Below, in pieces: positions 52,101-64,000 of a DNA stretch of 64,000 nucleotides. How positions within the stretch are numbered: the stretch's first letter is position 1; every line of letters begins with the position of its first letter. Below the pieces are notes generated by a model that had not been told where the DNA came from, did no database searches, and saw nothing but the letters and a program-made list of their open reading frames with translations. This stretch comes from Eledone cirrhosa (Eukaryota): contig OZ024758.1 in NCBI GenBank assembly GCA_964016885.1, positions 35,836,001 to 35,900,000 of the forward strand, in the 5' to 3' direction. The position numbers and the translations under genes were made by a program.

Positions 52101-55100
52101 GTTCATGGTACTAGCTGTCAGAAGTAACTCCACTGTTGGTGAGAATTCATTTAAGTTCATGGTATTAGCTGTCAGAAGTCACTCCAATGTTGGTGAGAAT
52201 TCATTTAGGTTCATGGTATTAGCTGTCAGAAGTCACTCCACTGTTGGTGAGAATTCATTTAAGTTCATGGTACTAGCTGGCAGAAGTAACCCCAATGTTG
52301 GTGAGAATTCATTTAAGTTCATGGTATTAGCTGTCAGAAGTCACTCCAATGTTGGTGAGAATTCATTTAAGTTCATGGTATTAGCTGTCAGAAGTAACTC
52401 CACTGTTGGTGAGAATTCATTTATGTTCATGGTATTAGTTTGTCAGAAGTAACTCCACTGTTGGTGAGAATTCATTTAAGTCATGGTATTAGTTGTCAGA
52501 AGTAACTCCAATGTTGGTGAGAATTCATTTAAGTTCATGGTATTAGCTGTCAGAAGTAACTCCACTGTTGGTGAGAATTCATTTAAGTCATGGTATTAGC
52601 TGTCAGAAGTAACTCCACTGTTGGTGAGAATTCATTTAAGTTCATGGTATTAGCTGTCAGAAGTAACTCCACTGTTGGTGAGAATTCATTTAAGTTCATG
52701 GTACTAGCTGTCAGAAGTAACTCCAATGTTGGTGAGAATTCATTTAAGTTCATGCTACTAGCTGTCAGAAGTAACTCCAATGTTGGTGAGAATTCATTTA
52801 AGTTCATGGTATTAGCTGTCAGAAGTAACTCCACTGTTGGTGAGAATTCATTTAAGTCATGGTATTAGCTGTCAGAAGTAACTCCACTGTTGGTGAGAAT
52901 TCATTTAAGTTCATGGTATTAGCTGTCAGAAGTAACTCCACTGTTGGTGAGAATTCATTTAAGTTCATGGTACTAGCTGTCAGAAGTAACTCCACTGTTG
53001 GTGAGAATTCATTTAAGTTCATGCTACTAGCTGTCAGAAGTAACTCCAATGTTGGTGAGAATTCATTTAAGTTCATGGTATTAGCTGTCAGAAGTAACTC
53101 CACTGTTGGTGAGAATTCAGTTAAGCCATGGTATTAGCTGTCAGAAGTAACTCCAATGTTGGTGAGAATTCATTTAAGTTCATGGTATTAGCTGTCAGAA
53201 GTAACTCCACTGTTGGTGAGAATTCATTTAAGTTCATGGTATTAGCTGTCAGAAGTAACTCCACTGTTGGTGAGAATTCATTTAAGTTCATGGTACTAGC
53301 TGTCAGAAGTAACTCCACTGTTGGTGAGAATTCATTTAAGTTCATGGTATTAGTTTGTCAGAAGTAACTCCACTGTTGGTGGGAATTCATTTAAGTCATG
53401 GTATTAGTTGTCAGAAGTAACTCCAATGTTGGTGAGAATTCATTTAAGTTCATGGTACTAGCTGTCAGAAGTAAATCCACTGTTGGTGAGAATTCATTTA
53501 AGTTCATGGTATTAGCTGTCAGAAGTAACTCCACTGTTGGTGAGAATTCATTTAAGTCATGGTATTAGCTGTCAGAAGTAACTCCAATGTTGGTGAGAAT
53601 TCATTTAAGTCATGGTACTAGCTGTCAGAAGTAACTCCAATGTTGGTGAGAATTCATTTAAGTTCATGGTATTAGCTGTCAGAAGTAACTCCACTGTTGG
53701 TGAGAATTCGTTTAAGTTCATGGTATTAGCTGTCAGAAGTAACTCCACTGTTGGTGAGAATTCATTTAAGTTCATGGTATTAGCTGTCAGAAGTAACTCC
53801 ACTGTTGGTGAGAATTCATTTAAGTTCATGGTATTAGCTGTCAGAAGTAACTCCACTGTTGGTGAGAATTCATTTAAGTTCATGGTATTAGCTGTCAGAA
53901 GGAACTCCAATGTTGGTGAGAATTCATTTAAGTCATGGTACTAGCTGTCAGAAGTAACTCCACTGTTGGTGAGAATTCATTTAAGTTCATGGTATTAGCT
54001 GTCAGAAGGAACGCCACTGTTGGTGAGAATTCATTTAAGTTCATGGTACTAGCTGTCAGAAGTAACTCCACTGTTGGTGAGAATTCATTTAAGTTCATGG
54101 TATTAGCTGTCAGAAGTCACTCCAATGTTGGTGAGAATTCATTTAGGTTCATGGTATTAGCTGTCAGAAGTCACTCCACTGTTGGTGAGAATTCATTTAA
54201 GTTCATGGTACTAGCTGGCAGAAGTAACCCCAATGTTGGTGAGAATTCATTTAAGTTCATGGTATTAGCTGTCAGAAGTCACTCCAATGTTGGTGAGAAT
54301 TCATTTAAGTTCATGGTATTAGCTGTCAGAAGTAACTCCACTGTTGGTGAGAATTCATTTATGTTCATGGTATTAGTTTGTCAGAAGTAACTCCACTGTT
54401 GGTGAGAATTCATTTAAGTCATGGTATTAGTTGTCAGAAGTAACTCCAATGTTGGTGAGAATTCATTTAAGTTCATGGTATTAGCTGTCAGAAGGAACTC
54501 CACTGTTGGTGAGAATTCATTTAAGTTCATGGTATTAGCTGTCAGAAGGAACTCCAATGTTGGTGAGAATTCATTTAAGTCATGGTACTAGCTGTCAGAA
54601 GTAACTCCACTGTTGGTGAGAATTCATTTAAGTTCATGGTATTAGCTGTCAGAAGGAACGCCACTGTTGGTGAGCATTCATTTAAGTTCATGGTATTAGC
54701 TGTCAGAAGTAACTCCACTGTTGGTGAGAATTCATTTAAGTTCATGGTACTAGCTGTCAGAAGTAACTCCAATGTTGGTGAGAATTCATTTAAGTTCATG
54801 GTATTAGCTGTCAGAAGGAACTCCACTGTTGGTGAGAATTCATTTAAGTTCATGGTATTAGCTGTCAGAAGTAACTCCACTGTTGGTGAGAATTCATTTA
54901 AGTCATGGTATTAGCTGTCAGAAGTAACTCCATTGTTGGTGAGAATTCAATTAAGTCATGGTACTAGCTGTCAGAAGTAACTCCAATGTTGGTGAGAATT
55001 CATTTAAGTTCATGTTATTAGCTGTCAGAAGGAACTCCACTGTTGGTGAGAATTCATTTAAGTTCATGGTATTAGCTGTCAGAAGTAACTCCACTGTTGG

Positions 55101-58100
55101 TGAGAATTCATTTAAGTTCATGGTATTAGCTGTCAGAAGTAACTGCACCGTTGGTGAGAATTCATTTAAGTTCATGGTACTAGCTGTCAGAAGTAACTCC
55201 AATGTTGGTGAGAATTCATTTACGTTCATGGTATTAGCTGTCAGAAGTAACTCCACTGTTGGTGAGAATTCATTTAAGTTCATGGTATTAGCTGTCAGAA
55301 GTAACTCCACTGTTGGTGAGAATTCATTTAAGTTCATGGTATTAGCTGTCAGAAGTAACTCCACTGTTGGTGAGAATTCATTTAAGTTCATGGTACTAGC
55401 TGTCAGAAGTAACTCCAATGTTGGTGAGAATTCATTTAAGTTCATGGTATTAGCTGTCAGAAGTAACTCCACTGTTGGTGAGAATTCATTTAAGTCATGG
55501 TATTAGCTGTCAGAAGTAACTCCACTGTTGGTGAGAATTCATTTAAGTTCATGGTATTAGCTGTCAGAAGTAACTCCACTGTTGGTGAGAATTCATTTAA
55601 GTTCATGGTACTAGCTGTCAGAAGTAACTCCAATGTTGGTGAGAATTCATTTAAGTTCATGGTATTAGCTGTCAGAAGTAACTCCACTGTTGGTGAGAAA
55701 TCATTTAAGTCATGGTATTAGCTGTCAGAAGTAACTCCACTGTTGGTGAGAATTCATTTACGTTCATGCTACTAGCTGTCAGAAGTAACTCCAATGTTGG
55801 TGAGAATTCATTTAAGTCATGGTACTAGCTGTCAGAAGTAACTCCACTGTTGGTGAGAATTCATTTAAGTTCATGGTATTAGCTGTCAGAAGGAACGCCA
55901 CTGTTGGTGAGAATTCATTTAAGTTCATGGTATTAGCTGTCAGAAGTAACTCCACTGTTGGTGAGAATTCATTTAAGTTCATGGTACTAGCTGTCAGAAG
56001 TAACTCCAATGTTGGTGAGAATTCATTTAAGTTCATGGTATTAGCTGTCAGAAGGAACTCCACTGTTGGTGAGAATTCATTTAAGTTCATGGTATTAGCT
56101 GTCAGAAGGAACTCCAATGTTGGTGAGAATTCATTTAAGTCATGGTACTAGCTGTCAGAAGTAACTCCACTGTTGGTGAGAATTCATTTAAGTTCATGGT
56201 ATTAGCTGTCAGAAGGAACGCCACTGTTGTTGAGAATTCATTTAAGCTCATGGTATTAGCTGTCAGAAGTAACTCCACTGTTGGTGAGAATTCATTTAAG
56301 TTCATGGTACTAGCTGTCAGAAGTAACTCCAATGTTGGTGAGAATTCATTTAAGTTCATGGTATTAGCTGTCAGAAGGAACTCCACTGTTGGTGAGAATT
56401 CATTTAAGTTCATGGTATTAGCTGTCAGAAGTAACTCCACTGTTGGTGAGAATTCATTTAAGTCATGGTATTAGCTGTCAGAAGTAACTCCATTGTTGGT
56501 GAGAATTCATTTAAGTCATGGTACTAGCTGTCAGAAGTAACTCCAATGTTGGTGAGAATTCATTTAAGTTCATGGTATTAGCTGTCAGAAGGAACTCCAC
56601 TGTTGGTGAGAATTCATTTAAGTTCATGGTATTAGCTGTCAGAAGTAACTCCACTGTTGGTGAGAATTCATTTAAGTTCATGCTACTAGCTGTCAGAAGT
56701 AACTCCAATGTTGGTGAGAATTCATTTAAGTTCATGGTATTAGCTGTCAGAAGTAACTCCACTGTTGGTGAGAATTCAGTTAAGCCATGGTATTAGCTGT
56801 CAGTAGTAACTCCAATGTTGGTGAGAATTCATTTAAGTTCATGGTATTAGCTGTCAGAAGTAACTCCACTGTTGGTGAGAATTCATTTAAGTTCATGGTA
56901 TTAGCTGTCAGAAGTAACTCCACTGTTGGTGAGAATTCATTTAAGTTCATGGTACTAGCTGTCAGAAGTAACTCCACTGTTGGTGAGAATTCATTTAAGT
57001 TCATGGTATTAGTTTGTCAGAAGTAACTCCACTGTTGGTGGGAATTCATTTAAGTCATGGTATTAGTTGTCAGAAGTAACTCCAATGTTGGTGAGAATTC
57101 ATTTAAGTTCATGGTACTAGCTGTCAGAAGTAAATCCACTGTTGGTGAGAATTCATTTAAGTTCATGGTATTAGCTGTCAGAAGTAACTCCACTGTTGGT
57201 GAGAATTCATTTAAGTCATGGTATTAGCTGTCAGAAGTAACTCCAATGTTGGTGAGAATTCATTTAAGTCATGGTACTAGCTGTCAGAAGTAACTCCAAT
57301 GTTGGTGAGAATTCATTTAAGTTCATGGTATTAGCTGTCAGAAGTAACTCCACTGTTGGTGAGAATTCGTTTAAGTTCATGGTATTAGCTGTCAGAAGTA
57401 ACTCCACTGTTGGTGAGAATTCATTTAAGTTCATGGTATTAGCTGTCAGAAGTAACTCCACTGTTGGTGAGAATTCATTTAAGTTCATGGTATTAGCTGT
57501 CAGAAGTAACTCCACTGTTGGTGAGAATTCATTTAAGTTCATGGTATTAGCTGTCAGAAGGAACTCCAATGTTGGTGAGAATTCATTTAAGTCATGGTAC
57601 TAGCTGTCAGAAGTAACTCCACTGTTGGTGAGAATTCATTTAAGTTCATGGTATTAGCTGTCAGAAGGAACGCCACTGTTGGTGAGAATTCATTTAAGTT
57701 CATGGTACTAGCTGTCAGAAGTAACTCCACTGTTGGTGAGAATTCATTTAAGTTCATGGTATTAGCTGTCAGAAGTCACTCCAATGTTGGTGAGAATTCA
57801 TTTAGGTTCATGGTATTAGCTGTCAGAAGTCACTCCACTGTTGGTGAGAATTCATTTAAGTTCATGGTACTAGCTGGCAGAAGTAACCCCAATGTTGGTG
57901 AGAATTCATTTAAGTTCATGGTATTAGCTGTCAGAAGTCACTCCAATGTTGGTGAGAATTCATTTAAGTTCATGGTATTAGCTGTCAGAAGTAACTCCAC
58001 TGTTGGTGAGAATTCATTTATGTTCATGGTATTAGTTTGTCAGAAGTAACTCCACTGTTGGTGAGAATTCATTTAAGTCATGGTATTAGTTGTCAGAAGT

Positions 58101-61100
58101 AACTCCAATGTTGGTGAGAATTCATTTAAGTTCATGGTATTAGCTGTCAGAAGGAACTCCACTGTTGGTGAGAATTCATTTAAGTTCATGGTATTAGCTG
58201 TCAGAAGGAACTCCAATGTTGGTGAGAATTCATTTAAGTCATGGTACTAGCTGTCAGAAGTAACTCCACTGTTGGTGAGAATTCATTTAAGTTCATGGTA
58301 TTAGCTGTCAGAAGGAACGCCACTGTTGGTGAGCATTCATTTAAGTTCATGGTATTAGCTGTCAGAAGTAACTCCACTGTTGGTGAGAATTCATTTAAGT
58401 CATGGTACTAGCTGTCAGAAGTAACTCCACTGTTGGTGAGAATTCATTTAAGTTCATGGTATTAGCTGTCAGAAGGAACGCCACTGTTGTTGAGAATTCA
58501 TTTAAGCTCATGGTATTAGCTGTCAGAAGTAACTCCACTGTTGGTGAGAATTCATTTAAGTTCATGGTACTAGCTGTCAGAAGTAACTCCAATGTTGGTG
58601 AGAATTCATTTAAGTTCATGGTATTAGCTGTCAGAAGGAACTCCACTGTTGGTGAGAATTCATTTAAGTTCATGGTATTAGCTGTCAGAAGTAACTCCAC
58701 TGTTGGTGAGAATTCATTTAAGTCATGGTATTAGCTGTCAGAAGTAACTCCATTGTTGGTGAGAATTCATTTAAGTCATGGTACTAGCTGTCAGAAGTAA
58801 CTCCAATGTTGGTGAGAATTCATTTAAGTTCATGGTATTAGCTGTCAGAAGGAACTCCACTGTTGGTGAGAATTCATTTAAGTTCATGGTATTAGCTGTC
58901 AGAAGTAACTCCAATGTTGGTGAGAATTCATTTAAGTTCATGGTATTAGCTGTCAGAAGTAACTCCACTGTTGGTGAGAATTCAGTTAAGCCATGGTATT
59001 AGCTGTCAGTAGTAACTCCAATGTTGGTGAGAATTCATTTAAGTTCATGGTATTAGCTGTCAGAAGTAACTCCACTGTTGGTGAGAATTCATTTAAGTTC
59101 ATGGTATTAGCTGTCAGAAGTAACTCCACTGTTGGTGAGAATTCATTTAAGTTCATGGTACTAGCTGTCAGAAGTAACTCCACTGTTGGTGAGAATTCAT
59201 TTAAGTTCATGGTATTAGTTTGTCAGAAGTAACTCCACTGTTGGTGGGAATTCATTTAAGTCATGGTATTAGTTGTCAGAAGTAACTCCAATGTTGGTGA
59301 GAATTCATTTAAGTTCATGGTACTAGCTGTCAGAAGTAAATCCACTGTTGGTGAGAATTCATTTAAGTTCATGGTATTAGCTGTCAGAAGTAACTCCACT
59401 GTTGGTGAGAATTCATTTAAGTCATGGTATTAGCTGTCAGAAGTAACTCCAATGTTGGTGAGAATTCATTTAAGTCATGGTACTAGCTGTCAGAAGTAAC
59501 TCCAATGTTGGTGAGAATTCATTTAAGTTCATGGTATTAGCTGTCAGAAGTAACTCCACTGTTGGTGAGAATTCGTTTAAGTTCATGGTATTAGCTGTCA
59601 GAAGTAACTCCACTGTTGGTGAGAATTCATTTAAGTTCATGGTATTAGCTGTCAGAAGTAACTCCACTGTTGGTGAGAATTCATTTAAGTTCATGGTATT
59701 AGCTGTCAGAAGTAACTCCACTGTTGGTGAGAATTCATTTAAGTTCATGGTATTAGCTGTCAGAAGGAACTCCAATGTTGGTGAGAATTCATTTAAGTCA
59801 TGGTACTAGCTGTCAGAAGTAACTCCACTGTTGGTGAGAATTCATTTAAGTTCATGGTATTAGCTGTCAGAAGGAACGCCACTGTTGGTGAGAATTCATT
59901 TAAGTTCATGGTACTAGCTGTCAGAAGTAACTCCACTGTTGGTGAGAATTCATTTAAGTTCATGGTATTAGCTGTCAGAAGTCACTCCAATGTTGGTGAG
60001 AATTCATTTAGGTTCATGGTATTAGCTGTCAGAAGTCACTCCACTGTTGGTGAGAATTCATTTAAGTTCATGGTACTAGCTGGCAGAAGTAACCCCAATG
60101 TTGGTGAGAATTCATTTAAGTTCATGGTATTAGCTGTCAGAAGTCACTCCAATGTTGGTGAGAATTCATTTAAGTTCATGGTATTAGCTGTCAGAAGTAA
60201 CTCCACTGTTGGTGAGAATTCATTTATGTTCATGGTATTAGTTTGTCAGAAGTAACTCCACTGTTGGTGAGAATTCATTTAAGTCATGGTATTAGTTGTC
60301 AGAAGTAACTCCAATGTTGGTGAGAATTCATTTAAGTTCATGGTATTAGCTGTCAGAAGGAACTCCACTGTTGGTGAGAATTCATTTAAGTTCATGGTAT
60401 TAGCTGTCAGAAGGAACTCCAATGTTGGTGAGAATTCATTTAAGTCATGGTACTAGCTGTCAGAAGTAACTCCACTGTTGGTGAGAATTCATTTAAGTTC
60501 ATGGTATTAGCTGTCAGAAGGAACGCCACTGTTGGTGAGCATTCATTTAAGTTCATGGTATTAGCTGTCAGAAGTAACTCCACTGTTGGTGAGAATTCAT
60601 TTAAGTTCATGGTACTAGCTGTCAGAAGTAACTCCAATGTTGGTGAGAATTCATTTAAGTTCATGGTATTAGCTGTCAGAAGGAACTCCACTGTTGGTGA
60701 GAATTCATTTAAGTTCATGGTATTAGCTGTCAGAAGTAACTCCACTGTTGGTGAGAATTCATTTAAGTCATGGTATTAGCTGTCAGAAGTAACTCCATTG
60801 TTGGTGAGAATTCAATTAAGTCATGGTACTAGCTGTCAGAAGTAACTCCAATGTTGGTGAGAATTCATTTAAGTTCATGTTATTAGCTGTCAGAAGGAAC
60901 TCCACTGTTGGTGAGAATTCATTTAAGTTCATGGTATTAGCTGTCAGAAGTAACTCCACTGTTGGTGAGAATTCATTTAAGTTCATGGTATTAGCTGTCA
61001 GAAGTAACTGCACCGTTGGTGAGAATTCATTTAAGTTCATGGTACTAGCTGTCAGAAGTAACTCCAATGTTGGTGAGAATTCATTTAAGTTCATGGTATT

Positions 61101-61570
61101 AGCTGTCAGAAGTAACTCCACTGTTGGTGAGAATTCATTTAAGTTCATGGTATTAGCTGTCAGAAGTAACTCCACTGTTGGTGAGAATTCATTTAAGTTC
61201 ATGGTATTAGCTGTCAGAAGTAACTCCACTGTTGGTGAGAATTCATTTAAGTTCATGGTACTAGCTGTCAGAAGTAACTCCAATGTTGGTGAGAATTCAT
61301 TTAAGTTCATGGTATTAGCTGTCAGAAGTAACTCCACTGTTGGTGAGAATTCATTTAAGTCATGGTATTAGCTGTCAGAAGTAACTCCACTGTTGGTGAG
61401 AATTCATTTAAGTTCATGGTATTAGCTGTCAGAAGTAACTCCACTGTTGGTGAGAATTCATTTAAGTTCATGGTACTAGCTGTCAGAAGTAACTCCAATG
61501 TTGGTGAGAATTCATTTAAGTTCATGGTATTAGCTGTCAGAAGTAACTCCACTGTTGGTGAGAATTCATT
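46121..61570. repeat. Satellite sub-domain IV (1,184 / 1,938 / 2,907 / 4,845 / ~2,200 / 5,865 / 9,688 bp duplications)
   Basis: Diagnostic variants: GGTGGGAATTC (~47349, 48533, 51440, 53378, 57037, 59243), GTTGTTGAG plus AAGCTCATG (~46538, 56226, 58486), CAGTAGTAAC (~56801, 59007). ORF offsets: 1184 (46823/48007), 2907 (48760/51667), 1938 (51667/53605), 4845 (50106/54951), 9688 (46124/55812), 2206 (57264/59470), 5865 (54951/60816). Confidence 0.83.
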
Positions 61571-64000
61571 TAAGTCATAGTATTAGCTGTCAGAAGTAAC
61601 TCCACTGTTGGTGAGAATTCATTTAAGTTCATGGTATTAGCTGTCAGAAGTAACTCCACTGTTGGTGAGAATTCATTTAAGTTCATGGTATTAGCTGTCA
61701 GAAGTAACTCCACTGTTGGTGAGAATTCATTTAAGTTCATGGTATTAGTTTGTCAGAAGTAACTCCACTGTTGGTGAGAATTCATTTAAGTCATGGTATT
61801 AGTTGTCAGAAGTAACTCCAATGTTGGTGAGAATTCATTTAAGTTCATGGTACTAGCTGTCAGAAGTAACTCCACTGTTGGTGAGAATTCATTTAAGTTC
61901 ATGGTAATAGCTGTCAGAAGTAACTACACTGTTGGTGAGAATTCATTTAAGTCATGGTATTAGCTGTCAGAAGTAACTCCAATGTTGGTGAGAATTCATT
62001 TAAGTCATGGTACTAGCTGTCAGAAGTAACTCCAATGTTGGTGAGAATTCATTTAAGTTCATGGTATTAGCTGTCAGAAGTAACTCCACTGTTGGTGAGA
62101 ATTCATTTAAGTTCATGGTATTAGCTGTCAGAAGTAACTCCACTGTTGGTGAGAATTCATTTAAGTTCATGGTACTAGCTGTCAGAAGTAACTCCACTGT
62201 TGGTGAGAATTCATTTAAGTTCATGGTATTAGCTGTCAGAAGTAACTCCACTGTTGGTGAGAATTCATTTAAGTTCATGGTACTAGCTGTCAGAAGTAAC
62301 TCCACTGTTGGTGAGAATTCATTTAAGTTCATGGTATTAGTTTGTCAGAAGTAACTCCACTGTTGGTGAGAATTCATTTAAGTCATGGTATTAGTTGTCA
62401 GAAGTAACTCCAATGTTGGTGAGAATTCATTTAAGTTCATGGTACTAGCTGTCAGAAGTAAATCCACTGTTGGTGAGAATTCATTTAAGTTCATGGTATT
62501 AGCTGTCAGAAGTAACTCCACTGTTGGTGAGAATTCATTTAAGTTCATGGTATTAGCTGTCAGAAGTAACTCCACTGTTGGTGAGAATTCATTTAAGTTC
62601 ATGGTATTAGCTGTCAGAAGTAACTCCACTGTTGGTGAGAATTCATTTAAGTTCATGGTACTAGCTGTCAGAAGTAACTCCAATGTTGGTGAGAATTCAT
62701 TTAAGTTCATGGTATTAGCTGTCAGAAGTAACTCCACTGTTGGTGAGAATTCATTTAAGTCATGGTATTAGCTGTCAGAAGTAACTCCACTGTTGGTGAG
62801 AATTCATTTAAGTTCATGGTATTAGCTGTCAGAAGTAACTCCACTGTTGGTGAGAATTCATTTAAGTTCATGGTACTAGCTGTCAGAAGTAACTCCAATG
62901 TTGGTGAGAATTCATTTAAGTTCATGGTATTAGCTGTCAGAAGTAACTCCACTGTTGGTGAGAATTCATTTAAGTCATGGTATTAGCTGTCAGAAGTAAC
63001 TCCACTGTTGGTGAGAATTCATTTAAGTTCATGGTATTAGCTGTCAGAAGTAACTCCACTGTTGGTGAGAATTCATTTAAGTTCATGGTATTAGCTGTCA
63101 GAAGTAACTCCACTGTTGGCGAGAATTCATTTAAGTTCATGGTATTAGTTTGTCAGAAGTAACTCCACTGTTGGTGAGAATTCATTTAAGTCATGGTATT
63201 AGTTGTCAGAAGTAACTCCAATGTTGGTGAGAATTCATTTAAGTTCATGGTACTAGCTATCAGAAGTAACTCCACTGTTGGTGAGAATTCATTTAAGTTC
63301 ATGGTAATAGCTGTCAGAAGTAACTCCACTGTTGGTGAGAATTCATTTAAGTCATGGTATTAGCTGTCAGAAGTAACTCCAATGTTGGTGAGAATTCATT
63401 TAAGTCATGGTACTAGCTGTCAGAAGTAACTCCAATGTTGGTGAGAATTCATTTAAGTTCATGGTACTAGCTGTCAGAAGTAACCCCAATGTTGGTGAGA
63501 ATTCATTTAAGTTCATGGTATTAGCTGTCAGAAGTCACTCCAATGTTGGTGAGAATTCATTTAAGTTCATGGTATTAGCTGTCAGAATTAACTCCACTGT
63601 TGGTAAGAATTCATTTAAGTTCATGGTATTAGCTGTCAGAAGTAACTCCAATGTTGGTGAGAATTCATTTAGGTTCATGGTATTAGCTGTCAGAAGTCAC
63701 TCCACTGTTGGTGAGAATTCATTTAAGTTCATGGTACTAGCTGGCAGAAGTAACCCCAATGTTGGTGAGAATTCATTTAAGTTCATGGTATTAGCTGTCA
63801 GAAGTCACTCCAATGTTGGTGAGAATTCATTTAAGTTCATGGTATTAGCTGTCAGAAGTAACTCCACTGTTGGTGAGAATTCATTTATGTTCATGGTATT
63901 AGTTTGTCAGAAGTAACTCCACTGTTGGTGAGAATTCATTTAAGTTCATGGTATTAGCTGTCAGAATTAACTCCACTGTTGGTAAGAATTCATTTAAGTT
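61571..64000. repeat. Terminal satellite segment with a ~1,400-bp duplication and several private variants (possible transition to a further sub-domain)
   Basis: Offset of 1400 between 61355 and 62755 and between the AGTTTG landmarks at ~61747 and ~63147. Singleton variants: GTCATAG (~61574), CTACAC (~61924), GGCGAG (~63118), GCTATC (~63256). AGAATTAAC...GGTAAG monomers at ~63584 and ~63963. Confidence 0.6.

Larger units (their letters stand above)
1..64000. repeat. 54-bp tandem satellite array (EcoRI-containing monomer, ~1,190 copies), extending past both window edges
   Basis: Consensus GAATTCATTTAAGTTCATGGTATTAGCTGTCAGAAGTAACTCCACTGTTGGTGA (exact copy at 142-195) recurs every 53-54 bp in one orientation from the first to the last base. 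Common polymorphisms: GTATTA/GTACTA, CCACTG/CCAATG, AAGTAAC/AAGGAAC/AAGTCAC, AAGTTCAT/AAGTCAT. Confidence 0.99.

Noticed and set aside
310-63916. Hundreds of ORFs on both strands encoding 18-aa repeats (up to 398 aa)
   Set aside because: They follow automatically from a 54-bp unit with a stop-free frame. They overlap antisense to each other and are broken every few monomers by 1-bp indels that are faithfully copied between duplicates. There is no unique N- or C-terminal domain and no recognisable protein family.
1-64000. CRISPR array or CRISPR-like repeat-spacer system
   Set aside because: There are no unique spacers because the entire 54 bp is repeated. No leader or cas genes are present.
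1-64000. One giant repeat-protein gene (mucin/adhesin-like, NST sequon per repeat) broken by sequencing errors
   Set aside because: The -1 and +1 indels recur at the same positions in duplicated blocks kilobases apart, so they are real alleles rather than random read errors. No single frame is maintained.
1-64000. Tandem tRNA, 5S rRNA, snRNA or spliced-leader gene array, or a telomeric repeat
   Set aside because: The unit is too short. I see no cloverleaf, A/B boxes, 5S similarity or G-rich telomere motif.
1-64000. Synthetic concatemer or rolling-circle amplification artefact (EcoRI site in each unit)
   Set aside because: Hierarchical, region-specific variant patterns and monomers with a mutated EcoRI site (GAGCATTC, GATAATTC, GAAATC, GAATGC) indicate evolutionary accumulation rather than ligation or copying of one circle. 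Local mis-assembly of individual duplications is still possible.
1-64000. Variant order as an information-bearing code
   Set aside because: The order of monomer variants is adequately explained by nested duplications and monomer indels, and nothing in the window suggests a reader or function.

Overview
The whole 64,000-bp window is one uninterrupted head-to-tail satellite array of about 1,190 monomers (64,000/~53.8). The 54-bp consensus is GAATTCATTTAAGTTCATGGTATTAGCTGTCAGAAGTAACTCCACTGTTGGTGA (37% GC, one EcoRI site, no CpG; an exact copy lies at 142-195). Monomers differ from it by about 0-3 positions, and a 53-bp form (AAGTTCATG>AAGTCATG) is common. I saw no unique sequence, inversion, transposon, RNA gene or CRISPR spacer. 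All ORFs in the track are by-products of a 54-bp unit (18 codons) that has one stop-free frame per strand and is broken up by 1-bp indels. The informative signal is the order of monomer variants. It shows about four regional sub-domains, each with its own diagnostic variants, nested and very recent kb-scale tandem duplications, and a ~1.4-kb module shared across the window. It also shows a +1/-1 indel pair that recurs about 45 times as a landmark. This is most likely eukaryotic heterochromatic or (peri)centromeric satellite DNA. I do not recognise the family or the organism. Duplication offsets come from matching ORF-track coordinates and diagnostic variants by eye, and boundaries are approximate to about one monomer. 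I found no credible evidence of a new protein-coding system.
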